Source: an uncultured Clostridia bacterium
GTDB lineage: Bacteria; Bacillota; Clostridia; TANB77; CAG-508
Direction of reading: 5' to 3'
NCBI GenBank assembly: GCA_944391835.1
Contig: CALXVA010000001.1
Coordinates: 3,897-67,896, forward strand
Length of the DNA stretch: 64,000 nucleotides
A program made the position numbers and the translations under genes. This document shows positions 43,748-54,375 of the stretch, in pieces. How positions within the stretch are numbered: position 1 is the stretch's first letter; every line of letters begins with the position of its first letter. The notes under the pieces are model-generated. The model was given only the letters and a program-made list of their open reading frames with translations, ran no database searches and had not been told where the DNA came from.

Positions 43748-44374
43748 TTATTTAGAGTAAAGCTCAACTATTAAGTGTTCTTCTACTGGTAAATCAACTT
43801 CTTCTCTTTCTGCTAATCTAACAACTTTTCCACTTAATTTTTCAGCATCTTTTTCAAGCCAAGCTGGAACTGGTCTTGCTATATTTTCTTCCACATTAAC
43901 TTTTATAGCTCCATTGTCTTTTCTTATTTCTCTTACAGAAATTACATCTCCTGCTTTTACTAAATATGATGGTATATCAACTTTATGTCCATTTACTTCA
44001 AAAGCTCCATGTGTTACAAGCATTCTTGCTTGTGCTCTTGAACTTCCGAAACCTAATCTATATACTACATTATCTAATCTACTTTCTAATATTTGAAGTA
44101 ATACTTCACCTGTAATACCTTTTTCTGTTAAAGCCATTTCAAAGTATTTTCTAAATTGTTTTTCACTTACTCCATAGTAAGCTTTAGTTTTTTGTTTTTC
44201 TCTTAATTGAGTACCATATTCAGAAAGTTTTTTCTTCTTTTGACCATTTTGTCCTGGTGCATAATTTCTTCTTGATATGCTACATTTGTCAGTATAACAT
44301 CTTGAACCTTTTAAAAACAATTTTTGTCCTTCTCTACGGCAAATACGGCATTGTTCATCTTTATATCTTGCCAT
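43748..44374 (-). CDS. rpsD: 30S ribosomal protein S4
   Basis: [23 protein letters not shown] zinc finger N-terminus. Confidence 0.95.
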   Translation of the reverse strand: MARYKDEQCRICRREGQKLFLKGSRCYTDKCSISRRNYAPGQNGQKKKKLSEYGTQLREKQKTKAYYGVSEKQFRKYFEMALTEKGITGEVLLQILESRLDNVVYRLGFGSSRAQARMLVTHGAFEVNGHKVDIPSYLVKAGDVISVREIRKDNGAIKVNVEENIARPVPAWLEKDAEKLSGKVVRLAEREEVDLPVEEHLIVELYSK

Positions 44375-44405
44375 TTTTAATTTTCACCTTCCTATATATT
44401 TTTTA

Positions 44406-44801
44406 TTAAACTCTACGTCTTTTTGGTGGTCTACAACCATTATGTGGTATTGGAGTTACGTCCTTAATACTACTAATTTCTAATCCTGCTGATTGTAATG
44501 ACCTAATTGCTGCTTCACGTCCAGAACCTGGTCCTTTAACATAAACTTCTACTGTTTTTAGTCCATGTTCCATTGCTGCCTTAGCTGCTGTTTCAGCTGC
44601 TTCTCCAGCTGCAAATGGTGTACTTTTTCTTGAACCTTTAAATCCAAGTTCTCCGGCACTTGCCCAAGATAATACATTACCTTGAGTATCGCTTATTGTA
44701 ACTATTGTATTGTTAAAACTAGAATGAATATGAGCCATACCTTTTTCGATATTTTTTCTATCTTTTCTTCTAGTTACTTTTTTTGTTACATTTTTAGCCA
44801 T
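44406..44801 (-). CDS. rpsK: 30S ribosomal protein S11
   Basis: [26 protein letters not shown]. Confidence 0.95.
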   Translation of the reverse strand: MAKNVTKKVTRRKDRKNIEKGMAHIHSSFNNTIVTISDTQGNVLSWASAGELGFKGSRKSTPFAAGEAAETAAKAAMEHGLKTVEVYVKGPGSGREAAIRSLQSAGLEISSIKDVTPIPHNGCRPPKRRRV

Positions 44802-44929
44802 TTTAGTTTTTCCTCCTTTTTAGAATTATTACTATTATGTAAAACTTTTTATTTTTTTATTTTAGAAAACTAATTTTCTTTTTATTCTTTGGTTACAAAA
44901 CAAATCAAAAGCTATTTTATTCTTTCATT

Positions 44930-45180
44930 TGCTTTCATAATTCGAATTAGAAGCGCATCGCTTATAATCAGAATTTCAAAACAAATCAAAAACTATTTTA
45001 TTCTTTCATTTGCTTTCATAATTCGAATTAGAAGCGCATCGCTATAATCAGAATTTCAAAACAAATCAAAAGCAAGTAGTGCTAGGAAAGCTAGCTAAAA
45101 TTTTTGAGATTATACGTATTGTATATCGAAAAAATTTTATGCGACGCTTGACAACGCAATACGAAGCTTTTCATTTGTTT
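44930..45180. repeat. MITE-like family 3 copy (45068-45180) preceded by a tandem duplication of a ~63-bp unit carrying empty TIR pairs (44936-45066)
   Basis: caaaacaaatcaaaagcaagtagtgctaggaaagctagct...ttgacaacgcaatacgaagcttttcatttgttttg with TIR caaaacaaat[c/g]aaaag; upstream ttcgaattagaagcgcatcgct(t)ataatcagaatttcaaaacaaatcaaaaactattttattctttcatttgctttcataa twice. Confidence 0.8.
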
Positions 45181-45182
45181 TG

Positions 45183-45551
45183 CTAGTCTTTTTTGCTCTT
45201 ACTAACCAACTTCCTAGGACCTTTTCTTGTACGAGCATTAGTTTTTGTTCTTTGTCCTCTAACAGGTAAGCCTTTTCTATGTCTTAGACCTCTATAGCAT
45301 CCTATTTCTGTAAGTCTTTTAATATTTAAAGCAACTTCTCTACGTAAGTCTCCCTCTACTTTATAACCTTCCATAGCTTTTCTTATTGCTGCTACTTGGT
45401 CATCTGTTAAATCTTTAACTCTTGTATCTGGATTTACATTTGCTGCTTTTAATATTTTTTGTGAGCTTGTTAAACCTATACCATATATGTATGTTAATCC
45501 AATCTCAACTCTTTTTTCTCTAGGTAAATCAATTCCTGCTAAACGAGCCAT
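45183..45551 (-). CDS. rpsM: 30S ribosomal protein S13
   Basis: [26 protein letters not shown]. Confidence 0.95.
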   Translation of the reverse strand: MARLAGIDLPREKRVEIGLTYIYGIGLTSSQKILKAANVNPDTRVKDLTDDQVAAIRKAMEGYKVEGDLRREVALNIKRLTEIGCYRGLRHRKGLPVRGQRTKTNARTRKGPRKLVSKSKKD

Positions 45552-45773
45552 AATTTTTTTAGCACCTCCACTTTGTTTTCTTTTTTTCTTAATTTAAATT
45601 TGTTTTGTTTGGACTTTATTAAAGGTGAAATGCACCGGCCTGCTACCACGCCAGTCTTTAATATGTTTTCAAACAATATATTAAACACAAATTCGATATA
45701 TAACTGTTAGATTATTTTTCTAACAGTTACAGCCGCAATCTAATTTGTGTTATTAACATTTTAATAAATTTTT

Positions 45774-45887
45774 CTATCCTTGTCTTTGTTTGTGTTTAGG
45801 GTTTTCGCAAATAACTCTAATTACACCTTTTCTTTTAATTACTTTACATTTTTCGCATATTGGTTTTACTGATGGTCTTACTTTCAT
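45774..45887 (-). CDS. rpmJ: 50S ribosomal protein L36 (37 aa; not in ORF track)
   Basis: own translation [37 protein letters not shown]. Confidence 0.9.
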   Translation of the reverse strand: MKVRPSVKPICEKCKVIKRKGVIRVICENPKHKQRQG

Positions 45888-45941
45888 TTTTTACACCTCA
45901 CTATTTTAGAATTATTTATATATGTTTGGGTTAATCTTAAT

Positions 45942-46160
45942 TTATTTAGCTCTCCAAGTAATTCTTCCACGGTTTAAATCATAAGGAGATAATTCTACTT
46001 TAACTTTATCACCTGGTAGGATTTTAATATAATTCATTCTTAATTTTCCTGAAATATGAGCTAATATTTGATGTCCATTTTCAAGTTCTACTTTAAATGT
46101 AGTATTAGGCAATGTTTCAACAACAGTTCCTTCAACTTCTATAACATCCTCTTTTGACAT
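45942..46160 (-). CDS. infA: translation initiation factor IF-1
   Basis: [19 protein letters not shown]...; track ORF extends 10 codons further upstream. Confidence 0.9.
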   Translation of the reverse strand: MSKEDVIEVEGTVVETLPNTTFKVELENGHQILAHISGKLRMNYIKILPGDKVKVELSPYDLNRGRITWRAK

Positions 46161-46233
46161 GATTGTCCTCCATTTTTTATTTTTAGTCAATTATACTATT
46201 TTACATTAAATACCCATATAGTATATAACAAAA

Positions 46234-47004
46234 TTAAACTAATGTCAAGACTTCTGGCTCTTTTTCTGTTATTAAAATAGTATTTTCATAGTGTGCAGAT
46301 AAGCTTCCATCTTGTGTAAGTATTGTCCATCCATCATAGTCTTGATATATATCTCTAGCTCCAGCTATAACCATTGGTTCTATGGCTAATGTCATTCCTG
46401 GTTCTAATCTTACTCCTCTGCCTGCTTTTCCATAGTTTGGTATGCCTGGATCTTCATGCATTTCCCTGCCAATTCCATGGCCTTGAAATTCTCTTACTAC
46501 ATTATATCCATTTTTTTCTACAAATTCGCCAATTGCATGTGATATATCTCCTATTCTGTTTCCTTTTACTGCATATTTAATTCCTTCGAAGAATGCTTTT
46601 TGAGTTATCTCTACCAATCTTTTTGCTTCTTCAGAAGCATTTCCCACTATGAATGTTCTAGCTGCATCTCCATTAAAGCCATCTTTGTATACTACTAAGT
46701 CTATACTTACCACATCCCCATCTCTTATTATTTTTTTATGAGATGGTATTCCATGAATTACCTCATCATTTATTGATATGCATAAGTTTGCAGGAAATGG
46801 AGGTACACCTTTCATACCACTTGGATATCCCTTTTGGGCAGATATTCCTCCATTTTCTTTGATTATCTTTTCGGCAAACTTATCTAATTCCATGGTAGTC
46901 ATGCCAGGTCTAATAACCTTTTCTATTTCTTTGTATACTAATCCTGTAACTCTACAAGCTTCCCTCATCAATTTAATTTCTTTTTCTGATTTTATAGTAA
47001 CCAC
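46234..47004 (-). CDS. map: type I methionine aminopeptidase
   Basis: IKSEKEIKLMREA, metal ligands in DGDVVSIDL / GHGIG / LAIEPM context. Confidence 0.9.
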   Translation of the reverse strand: MVTIKSEKEIKLMREACRVTGLVYKEIEKVIRPGMTTMELDKFAEKIIKENGGISAQKGYPSGMKGVPPFPANLCISINDEVIHGIPSHKKIIRDGDVVSIDLVVYKDGFNGDAARTFIVGNASEEAKRLVEITQKAFFEGIKYAVKGNRIGDISHAIGEFVEKNGYNVVREFQGHGIGREMHEDPGIPNYGKAGRGVRLEPGMTLAIEPMVIAGARDIYQDYDGWTILTQDGSLSAHYENTILITEKEPEVLTLV

Positions 47005-47199
47005 TCTTAACCTCCATTGAATTAGTTAATTTTTTTTACATTTTATTTATAACTAATTGCATCTTCTATTTTATAAGAAAAATTGACTCTTTGCTTAATA
47101 ATTTTGTATTCATAGCAATTTTTCCTATAAAACAAGGTTAGGCTTCCTTGGGCCGTCCGAGTGAAACGAGTGACATATATTTCGCCGTTGCTCCAGAGC

Positions 47200-47874
47200 C
47201 TATCCCTGCGAAATGCCTTTCTTATATTCCTCTAAAAATTTTTTTATATCTTTTACTGCAACATCAACATCTTTTGGATAAATTGTATAAAGTGCATTAT
47301 TTTTTCTATAAAAGTCTACTAAATCTTTAGAATTTTGACGATATATTGCTAGTCTTTTTGTAACTGTTTCTCTATTATCGTCATCCCTCTTTTTAAGCTC
47401 TCCACCACAAATGTCGCATATGCCTTCCTTTTTAGGTGGTTTTGTTTCTTTATTATATATTGCTCCACAAGATTTATTTGAACAGATAAGTCTATTCACA
47501 ACTCTTCTTATAATTTCATCATCTGGAACATCTAATTCTATAGCTACTCTTTTTGCATTAGGCTTATTTTCTTTTAAGAAATTCTTTAATGCTTCTGCCT
47601 GCATAGCTGTTCTAGGAAATCCATCAAGAATTGCTCCATTTTCAACATCTTTTTCCAATAATCTTGTTTTAACTGTTTCTATAACTACATCATCTGGAAC
47701 TAATGCTCCACTTTCCATGTAACTTTTAATTTTTTTCCCAAGTTCTGTTTCTCTACTTATTTGGTCTCTAAATATATCTCCTGTCGAAATATGTGTTAAG
47801 TCCAAATCTTGTGATAATATTTTTCCTATTGTTCCTTTTCCAGTACCTGGAGCTCCTAGCATTACTATGTACAT
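47200..47874 (-). CDS. adk: adenylate kinase (with zinc-binding lid CxxC...CxxC)
   Basis: MYIVMLGAPGTGKGT P-loop (start 47874 after AGGAG), LID CSNKSCGAIY...CDICGG. Confidence 0.9.
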   Translation of the reverse strand: MYIVMLGAPGTGKGTIGKILSQDLDLTHISTGDIFRDQISRETELGKKIKSYMESGALVPDDVVIETVKTRLLEKDVENGAILDGFPRTAMQAEALKNFLKENKPNAKRVAIELDVPDDEIIRRVVNRLICSNKSCGAIYNKETKPPKKEGICDICGGELKKRDDDNRETVTKRLAIYRQNSKDLVDFYRKNNALYTIYPKDVDVAVKDIKKFLEEYKKGISQG

Positions 47875-48042
47875 TGTAATCACAACTCCTAATCTCATTA
47901 ACTTAATTTTGTTATATATTTTAATTTCTATAGACAAATAAATTCGTTCCATTTTTCTACATGTTGTACATTTTTATATTAAATTATTTTTATATATTCA
48001 AATGTACAACATGTAATGGAACTAGTAAAATGTCTTTATATA

Positions 48043-49386
48043 TTATTCTAAGAATCCCTTATAATGTCTCATTACTAATTGAGATTCTAATTGTTGTATT
48101 GTTTCTAATGCAACACCTACAACGATTAATATTGAAGTTCCTCCAAATGCTATATTTATATTTGGTATAAATCTTATAAGCATTGGAAGTATCGCGATTA
48201 TTGCTAGGTATAAACCTCCAAACCAAGTTAATTTACTTATTATTGATGATAAGTAATCCGTTGTTGGTTTTCCTGCTCTTATTCCTGGTATGAATCCACC
48301 ATTTTTCTTTATATTATTTGATACTTCTGCTGGATTAAATGTTGCATAAGTATAGAAAAATGTAAATCCTACTATTAGTAATAAGTATACAATCGCATTT
48401 GCTATTGTGTATCCCCAACCAACTGATGAAGTTGATGAAGCAATAGAGAAATTATATATTACACTCCAAAAACCAGTTTGGCTTGCTATGTCTGGTATAA
48501 ACATTTGTATAATCATTGCTGGAAATGTTAGGAATGATGAAGCAAAGATTATTGGCATTACACCTGCCATAACTAATTTTAATGGTATATGCGTATTTTG
48601 AGCTCCAACCATTTTTCTTCCAACTACTCTTTTCGAGTATTGTACAGGAACTCTTCTTTCAGCTTGTTGTACAAATATAACTGCTGCTATTAATATAATA
48701 GCTCCTATTATAATTCCTAAAGCTATCAATAAACCTGTTGTAGAGAACGATCTTGTTATTGGGTCTGAAGATACTATTGGCATTATCAAATCCCAAATTG
48801 ATGTTACTGCACCAGGTAGTCCAGCTATTATACCTACAAATATAATAATTGAAATTCCATTTCCGATTCCTTTATTGGTAATTTCGTCACCTAACCACAT
48901 AAGTAGAGCAGTACCAGCCATCAATGATATAACAACTGTTGCTCCTGTTATGAAGTTTGTTTCTAAGAATATTCCAGATGAACTATATGATAAGTATAAT
49001 CCTAAACCTTCAATTAAAGCTAAGAATACAGTAAGAATTTTGGTATATTTATTTATTTTCTTTCTGCCTTCTTCTCCTCCCTCTTTAGTTAATCTTTCTA
49101 AAGCTGGGATTACCATGCTAAGTAATTGAATTACTATTGATGCTGTAATGTATGGGCTTATAGACATTGCAAAGATAGAAAATCTTGAGAAAGCTCCACC
49201 TGAAATTAAGTCTATAAGAGCCGCCATACCATTTGTTTCTCCAAAAGCTTCACTTAATGCAAAAGTATCAACTCCTGGAACTGTTATGTAACATCCTAAT
49301 CTAAATATTACAATTAACAATAATGTATATAATAATTTTTTTCTAACATCAGGTGTTTTTAGTGCATTTTTAATGGTTTTAAACAA
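48043..49386 (-). CDS. secY: preprotein translocase subunit SecY
   Basis: 10-TM profile, N-terminus MFKTIKNALKTPDVRKKLLYTLLLIVIFRLG. Confidence 0.95.
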   Translation of the reverse strand: MFKTIKNALKTPDVRKKLLYTLLLIVIFRLGCYITVPGVDTFALSEAFGETNGMAALIDLISGGAFSRFSIFAMSISPYITASIVIQLLSMVIPALERLTKEGGEEGRKKINKYTKILTVFLALIEGLGLYLSYSSSGIFLETNFITGATVVISLMAGTALLMWLGDEITNKGIGNGISIIIFVGIIAGLPGAVTSIWDLIMPIVSSDPITRSFSTTGLLIALGIIIGAIILIAAVIFVQQAERRVPVQYSKRVVGRKMVGAQNTHIPLKLVMAGVMPIIFASSFLTFPAMIIQMFIPDIASQTGFWSVIYNFSIASSTSSVGWGYTIANAIVYLLLIVGFTFFYTYATFNPAEVSNNIKKNGGFIPGIRAGKPTTDYLSSIISKLTWFGGLYLAIIAILPMLIRFIPNINIAFGGTSILIVVGVALETIQQLESQLVMRHYKGFLE

Positions 49387-49821
49387 CTAAATCACCTCAG
49401 CCTTTCCTCCTAAAGCTTCTATTTTTTCAATAGCTGCTTTAGTAAATCTTACAGCTTTAACTGTTAATTTCTTATCTAATTTGCCAGTTGCAAGTATAAC
49501 TATTCCGTCATTTGCTTTGCTAATTATTCCATCTTTAATTAGGCTTTCAGCTGTAACTTCATTTGTTGTTGCTTTATTAAGCATTGTTAAAGTCACTTCA
49601 GTATAGTTATTAGCATGGATATTTGTGAATCCTCTTTTTGGTAATCTTCTATATAATGGTGTCTGACCACCTTCAAAGCCTCTTCTTACTCCACCACCAG
49701 ATCTTGCTTTTTGACCTTTATGACCTCTTCCTGAAGTTTTTCCTAAACCAGAACCAACTCCACGTCCAACTCTAGTTCTAGTTCTATTTTTTTGTGCTGG
49801 CTTTAATTCGTCTAATTTCAT
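49387..49821 (-). CDS. rplO: 50S ribosomal protein L15
   Basis: [37 protein letters not shown]. Confidence 0.95.
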   Translation of the reverse strand: MKLDELKPAQKNRTRTRVGRGVGSGLGKTSGRGHKGQKARSGGGVRRGFEGGQTPLYRRLPKRGFTNIHANNYTEVTLTMLNKATTNEVTAESLIKDGIISKANDGIVILATGKLDKKLTVKAVRFTKAAIEKIEALGGKAEVI

Positions 49822-49856
49822 CTTGCTACTACACCTCCTATTTTTCTTGATTTATC

Positions 49857-50381
49857 CTATAAAATATCTTCTACTTTTTTTCCTCTTTTTTTAGCTACTG
49901 TTTCAACAGTTTGCATAGATTTTAAACCTTCTATTGTAGCATAAACAACATTTCTTGGATTATTTGTTCCAATTATTTTTGTTCTTATATTTCTATATCC
50001 TGCTAGTTCTAGTACAGGTCTAACACTACCACCTGCGATAATTCCAGTACCTTCTTCAGCTGGTTTTAATAGTACATTAGCACTTCCAAATTTTCCAACA
50101 TATTCGTGTGGTATAGTTGTTCCTACTACTGGAACTGTTACTAAGTTCTTTTTAGCATCTTCAATAGCCTTTTTGATAGCGTCTGGAACTTCGGCTGCTT
50201 TTCCATTACCTACACCAACGTGTCCATTTTCGTCACCAACAACAACTACTGCACTAAATCTAAAAGTTCTACCACCTTTAACAACCTTTGCAACTCTGTT
50301 AATAGCTACAACTTTTTCTTTTAATTCAGATGTATTTTCTGATTGCACTTTTCTTTCCTCCTTTTCTTTTTTAGAATTCAA
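49857..50381 (-). CDS. rpsE: 30S ribosomal protein S5 (only 35 bp to rplO: no rpmD/L30 gene)
   Basis: [27 protein letters not shown]. Confidence 0.95.
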   Translation of the reverse strand: MNSKKEKEERKVQSENTSELKEKVVAINRVAKVVKGGRTFRFSAVVVVGDENGHVGVGNGKAAEVPDAIKKAIEDAKKNLVTVPVVGTTIPHEYVGKFGSANVLLKPAEEGTGIIAGGSVRPVLELAGYRNIRTKIIGTNNPRNVVYATIEGLKSMQTVETVAKKRGKKVEDIL

Positions 50382-50730
50382 GTCCGCCTTCTCTTGCAGC
50401 GTCTGCTAATTCCTTAATAACTCCGTGGTATACATATCCACCTCTATCAAAAACTACTGTTTTGATATTTTTTTCTAATGCTCTTTTAGCAATTAGACTT
50501 CCAACTTCTTTAGCTGCTTCTTTATTAGCATGTTTTGTTTTTACTTCTTTATCAATAGTAGAAGCTTGAGTTAAAGTAACTCCTTTAACATCATCTATTA
50601 CTTGTACATATAAATTGCTGTTACTTCTAAATACACATAGTCTTGGACATTCAGCTGTTCCAGAAATTTTTCTACGTACTCTAGCATGTCTTCTTTGTCT
50701 TTCAGCTTTTCTATCTATTTTTGTAATCAT
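50371..50730 (-). CDS. rplR: 50S ribosomal protein L18
   Basis: [24 protein letters not shown]. Confidence 0.95.
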   Translation of the reverse strand: MITKIDRKAERQRRHARVRRKISGTAECPRLCVFRSNSNLYVQVIDDVKGVTLTQASTIDKEVKTKHANKEAAKEVGSLIAKRALEKNIKTVVFDRGGYVYHGVIKELADAAREGGLEF

Positions 50731-50785
50731 TTTAAAATCTCCTTTCTAACTAAAAGATTTTGCTCTTAGTTTATTTTAGATTATA

Positions 50786-50906
50786 TGTTTAAGTCAAAAG
50801 CGAGTATTGCTAGGCGAACGAATAAAAATTTTTGAGATTGTACGGGGTGTACATCGAAAAAATTTTTATGAAGTTCAACAACGCAAGACGAAGCTTTTCA
50901 TTTAAA
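50786..50906. repeat. MITE-like family 3 copy (rplR-rplF spacer)
   Basis: gtcaaaagcgagtattgctaggcgaacgaataaaaatttttgagattgtacggggtgtacatcgaaaaaatttttatgaagttcaacaacgcaagacgaagcttttcattt. Confidence 0.85.
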
Positions 50907-50909
50907 CAA

Positions 50910-51449
50910 TTATTTTTTACCTGCTTTACCTTCCTTACGTCTAATATGCTCTTCAGCATACTTAATACCTTTTCCTCTATATACTTCTGGTGGTCTTTTT
51001 GTTCTTACAACTGCTGCTGTTTGGCCAACTAGTTCTTTGTCTATTCCTCTTACTGTAATATGGTTAGCATCTGGAACATCAAAAGTAATTCCTGCTGGTG
51101 GATCCATCTCAACTGTGTGAGAATATCCTAAGTTCATTACTAATTTATTTCCTTTCTTTTGAGCTCTGTAACCTACACCATTGATTTCTAAATCTCTTTT
51201 ATATTCATGAACAACACCTTCAATCATGTTGTTTATTAATGTTCTTGTTAAACCATGTAAACTTCTATTAGCTGGTTCATCATCACATCTTGTTATTGTT
51301 AAGACTTTATCATTTAAAGTAACTGTCATATTTTTATGTAAGTCTTTTTCTAATGTTCCTTTTGGTCCTTTTACAGTTATGTGATGTCCATCTATTTTAA
51401 CTTCTACACCTTCTGGTACATTGATAGGTTTGTTTCCTATTCTTGACAT
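50910..51449 (-). CDS. rplF: 50S ribosomal protein L6
   Basis: MSRIGNKPINVPEGVEVKIDGHHITVKGPKG. Confidence 0.95.
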   Translation of the reverse strand: MSRIGNKPINVPEGVEVKIDGHHITVKGPKGTLEKDLHKNMTVTLNDKVLTITRCDDEPANRSLHGLTRTLINNMIEGVVHEYKRDLEINGVGYRAQKKGNKLVMNLGYSHTVEMDPPAGITFDVPDANHITVRGIDKELVGQTAAVVRTKRPPEVYRGKGIKYAEEHIRRKEGKAGKK

Positions 51450-51477
51450 CTTCTTATTTCCCTCCTTCTTTTTTCCA

Positions 51478-51597
51478 GAATTAATGAAAACCTGCGTATT
51501 GCTATGTCAATCTTCGCTTCAAAATTTTCGATGTACATATGTACTATCTCAAATTTTTAGCTTGATTTCCTTGCACTACTTGGTTTTGATTAATTCT
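51478..51597. repeat. MITE-like family 3 copy, inverted orientation (rplF-rpsH spacer), 14-bp TIR gaattaat[g/c]aaaac
   Basis: gaattaatgaaaacctgcgtattgctatgtcaatcttcgcttcaaaattttcgatgtacatatgtactatctcaaatttttagc...gttttgattaattc. Confidence 0.85.
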
Positions 51598-51631
51598 TAA
51601 TTAATCAAATTACATTTTATCAACTTATCTT

Positions 51632-52030
51632 CTACCAAACGTAAGCTAGGACTTCTCCTCCTAGTCCTTCATTTCTTGCTTCTTTATCTGTTTTTATTCC
51701 TTTTGAAGTAGATATAAGAGCTATACCTAAACCATTTAATACTTTAGGTAATTCATCTTTAGATGCATATACTCTTAAACCTGGTTTACTTATTCTTTTT
51801 ATTCCATCAATAACTCTTTTACCTTTTTCATCATATTTTAGAGTTATTCTTAATATTCCTTGACGAGAATCATCTATTTCTTCAAAAGAAGCTATATATC
51901 CTTCTTTAAATAGGATATCTGCAATAGCTCTTTTCATATTTGATGCTGGAACATCAACTGTTTTATGTTTAGAACTATTAGCATTTCTTATTCTTGTTAA
52001 CATATCTGCTATTGGATCTGTTGTATTCAA
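51632..52030 (-). CDS. rpsH: 30S ribosomal protein S8
   Basis: [15 protein letters not shown]. Confidence 0.95.
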   Translation of the reverse strand: MNTTDPIADMLTRIRNANSSKHKTVDVPASNMKRAIADILFKEGYIASFEEIDDSRQGILRITLKYDEKGKRVIDGIKRISKPGLRVYASKDELPKVLNGLGIALISTSKGIKTDKEARNEGLGGEVLAYVW

Positions 52031-52094
52031 TTTATTTTCCCTCCTTCTTTTAAAATTGGATTTTGCACATTAAATATTGATTTTCAAGCGAATT

Positions 52095-52280
52095 TTACCA
52101 GCTAGCCTTCTTAACACCTGGTATCTCACCTTTATGAGCTAACTCTCTAAAGCATACACGGCAAATTCCAAATTTTCTGATATATGCGTGTGGTCTTCCA
52201 CAAATTTTGCATCTATTATATTCTCTTGTTTTGAATTTTTGTGGTCTTTGTTGTTTTACTTTTAAAGATTTCTTTGCCAT
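52095..52280 (-). CDS. rpsN: 30S ribosomal protein S14 type Z (zinc-binding, 61 aa)
   Basis: [48 protein letters not shown]. Confidence 0.95.
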   Translation of the reverse strand: MAKKSLKVKQQRPQKFKTREYNRCKICGRPHAYIRKFGICRVCFRELAHKGEIPGVKKASW

Positions 52281-52351
52281 TTTATTCTCCTTTCCCCAAT
52301 TTTTATATAAAATATTATTTCATTTTTATTTATTTTCTATTGATTGTAAAA

Positions 52352-52472
52352 TTAATCAAAAGCGAGTATTGCTAGGAAAGCTAGCAAAAAAGTTTGAAAT
52401 AATACTTTGTGTATATTGAGAACTTTTTTGCGACGCTTAGGCACGCTAAGTACGAAACTTTTCATTAATTTT
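52352..52472. repeat. MITE-like family 3 copy (rpsN-rplE spacer) with gctag-gaaa-gctagc sub-hairpin
   Basis: aattaatcaaaagcgagtattgctaggaaagctagcaaaaaagtttgaaataatactttgtgtatattgagaacttttttgcgacgcttaggcacgctaagtacgaaacttttcattaatt. Confidence 0.85.
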
Positions 52473-52475
52473 ACT

Positions 52476-53015
52476 CTAGTTTTTAAATGGCATTCCTAAA
52501 AGAGTTAAAAGTTCTCTAGCTTCTTCGTCTGTTTTAGCTGTTGTAACGAAAATTATATCCATTCCTCTAATTTTGTCTATTTTATCATATTCGATTTCTG
52601 GGAATATTAATTGTTCTTTAATTCCCATAGAATAATTTCCTCTACCATCAAATGAATTGCTTGAAACTCCTCTAAAGTCTCTAACTCTTGGAAGTGCTAC
52701 ATTGAATAGTTTATATGCAAAATCATACATTTTTCCTTTTCTTAATGTAACTTTACATCCCATATTTATTCCTTCTCTTATTTTGAAGGCTGCTATAGCT
52801 TTCTTAGCTTTTGTTATAATTGGTTTTTGACCAGTTATAATTGTAAGATCGTTTATAGCATTTTCTAATGATTTAGGATTATCTTTTGTATCACCTAAAC
52901 CTATATTTATAACTATTTTATCTAACTTTGGAACTTCCATAACTGATTTATAGTTAAATTTCTTCATCATTGCTGGTATAATTTCTTTTTCATATTGCTC
53001 TCTTAAAATTTCCAT
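52476..53015 (-). CDS. rplE: 50S ribosomal protein L5
   Basis: ORF 52476-53015, 179 aa, at the L5 position (after L24, before S14) in the conserved spc-operon order; family assigned from position and length, not from a motif read in the sequence. Confidence 0.95.
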   Translation of the reverse strand: MEILREQYEKEIIPAMMKKFNYKSVMEVPKLDKIVINIGLGDTKDNPKSLENAINDLTIITGQKPIITKAKKAIAAFKIREGINMGCKVTLRKGKMYDFAYKLFNVALPRVRDFRGVSSNSFDGRGNYSMGIKEQLIFPEIEYDKIDKIRGMDIIFVTTAKTDEEARELLTLLGMPFKN

Positions 53016-53042
53016 AAGTTTAAATAGTCCTCCTCTCTTTCA

Positions 53043-53351
53043 TTATTTTAATTTTGCTCCACATTTTTGGCAAACACGTACTTTTTCATTTTTTTCTATT
53101 TTATATTGAACTCTTGTAGCCTTTCCGCATTTTGGACATACTACATTTACTTTACTGCTATGAATAGCACACTCAACTGGAATAATTCCACTTTCTTCTC
53201 CTTGCTTTCTAGCTTTTACGTGTTTTTTTCTTATATTAACACCTTTTACTATTACTTTTTCTGTTTTTGGTATTACTTCTAAAACTTCACCAGTTTTTCC
53301 TTTATCGTTTCCTGATAAAACTTTAACTGTATCACCTTTCTTTATTCTCAT
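53043..53351 (-). CDS. rplX: 50S ribosomal protein L24
   Basis: MRIKKGDTVKVLSGNDKGKTGEVLEV; KOW motif. Confidence 0.95.
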   Translation of the reverse strand: MRIKKGDTVKVLSGNDKGKTGEVLEVIPKTEKVIVKGVNIRKKHVKARKQGEESGIIPVECAIHSSKVNVVCPKCGKATRVQYKIEKNEKVRVCQKCGAKLK

Positions 53352-53435
53352 TTATTTTTCACCTCTTCTTTCAAGTGAGATTTATATTTTATCTTGTATA
53401 CTTTCTGTCTTAAAAAGAAACAAGTATTACTAATT

Positions 53436-53702
53436 TTTTACTCTTGTCTTAAAACGAATTTAGAACGAGTAATGCTAGGCAATTAAAATTTAAAATACCG
53501 GAGGCGTACTTTTTTCCACGCCAAAGAATTTTTAAATTTTAATAACAATTCTTTATTACTGTTATAAATCATTTTATTTAGTAGTCTTTCAAAGAAACAA
53601 GTAGTGCTAGGAAAAATTAATTTCAAAACCGGAGGTGTGCTTTTTGCTACACACGAGGATTTTGGGATTAATTTTGACAACGCAAGACGCCGTTTATTTT
53701 TA
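53436..53702. repeat. two tandem divergent family 3-related elements (about 53440-53560 and 53578-53700) filling a 354-bp rplX-rplN spacer
   Basis: both carry agta(a/g)tgctagg and ccggagg(c/t)gt...loops; the second ends in ttgacaacgcaagacgccgttt like canonical copies; the spurious ORF 53483-53725 lies across them. Confidence 0.7.
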
Positions 53703-53705
53703 AGA

Positions 53706-54074
53706 CTATAATACTTCTGGGGCAAGAGAAAGTATCTTCATATAATCCTTTTCTCTTAATTCTCTTGCAACAGGTCCAAATATACGAGTTCCTCTTGGTG
53801 TTCCATCTTCTCTTATTATAACTGCTGCATTCTCATCAAATCTTACATAAGATCCATCGGCTCTTCTTGTAGGCTTTTTAGTTCTTACTACAACAGCTTT
53901 AACAACGTCACCTTTTTTTACAACTCCACCTGGAATAGCTGTTTTTACAGAAGCTACTATTATGTCACCAATTCTAGCATATTTTCTATATGATCCGCCT
54001 AGACATCTGATACACATAATTTCTTTTGCGCCTGTATTATCTGCTACTTTTAATATAGATTGTTGTTGTACCAT
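53706..54074 (-). CDS. rplN: 50S ribosomal protein L14
   Basis: [23 protein letters not shown]. Confidence 0.95.
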   Translation of the reverse strand: MVQQQSILKVADNTGAKEIMCIRCLGGSYRKYARIGDIIVASVKTAIPGGVVKKGDVVKAVVVRTKKPTRRADGSYVRFDENAAVIIREDGTPRGTRIFGPVARELREKDYMKILSLAPEVL

Positions 54075-54092
54075 CTTATTTTTTCCTCCTTA

Positions 54093-54356
54093 CTATTTAA
54101 TTACTGCCTTCTCTAATATTTCAACTACTCTCCATCTTTTATCTTTTGATAGAGGTCTAGTTTCCATTACTCTTACTTTATCTCCAACTTGGCATTCATT
54201 TTTTTCATCATGAGCTTTTAATTTATATGTTCTTTTTTGAACTTTACCATATGTTTTATGTTTTTCGTTCATTTGAACAGATACAACTACTGTTTTGTCC
54301 ATCTTGTCTGATGAAACGATACCAACCATTTCTTTACGAAGATTTCTTTCTTCCAT
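54093..54356 (-). CDS. rpsQ: 30S ribosomal protein S17
   Basis: [21 protein letters not shown]. Confidence 0.95.
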   Translation of the reverse strand: MEERNLRKEMVGIVSSDKMDKTVVVSVQMNEKHKTYGKVQKRTYKLKAHDEKNECQVGDKVRVMETRPLSKDKRWRVVEILEKAVIK

Positions 54357-54375
54357 GTTAAATCTCCTTTCTTAA

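Noticed and set aside
53483-53725. 80-aa minus-strand ORF in the rplX-rplN spacer
   Set aside because: It is translated across the two tandem MITE-like repeats and has no RBS. Its sequence is repeat-derived (KRRLALSKL... reads through gctagg motifs).
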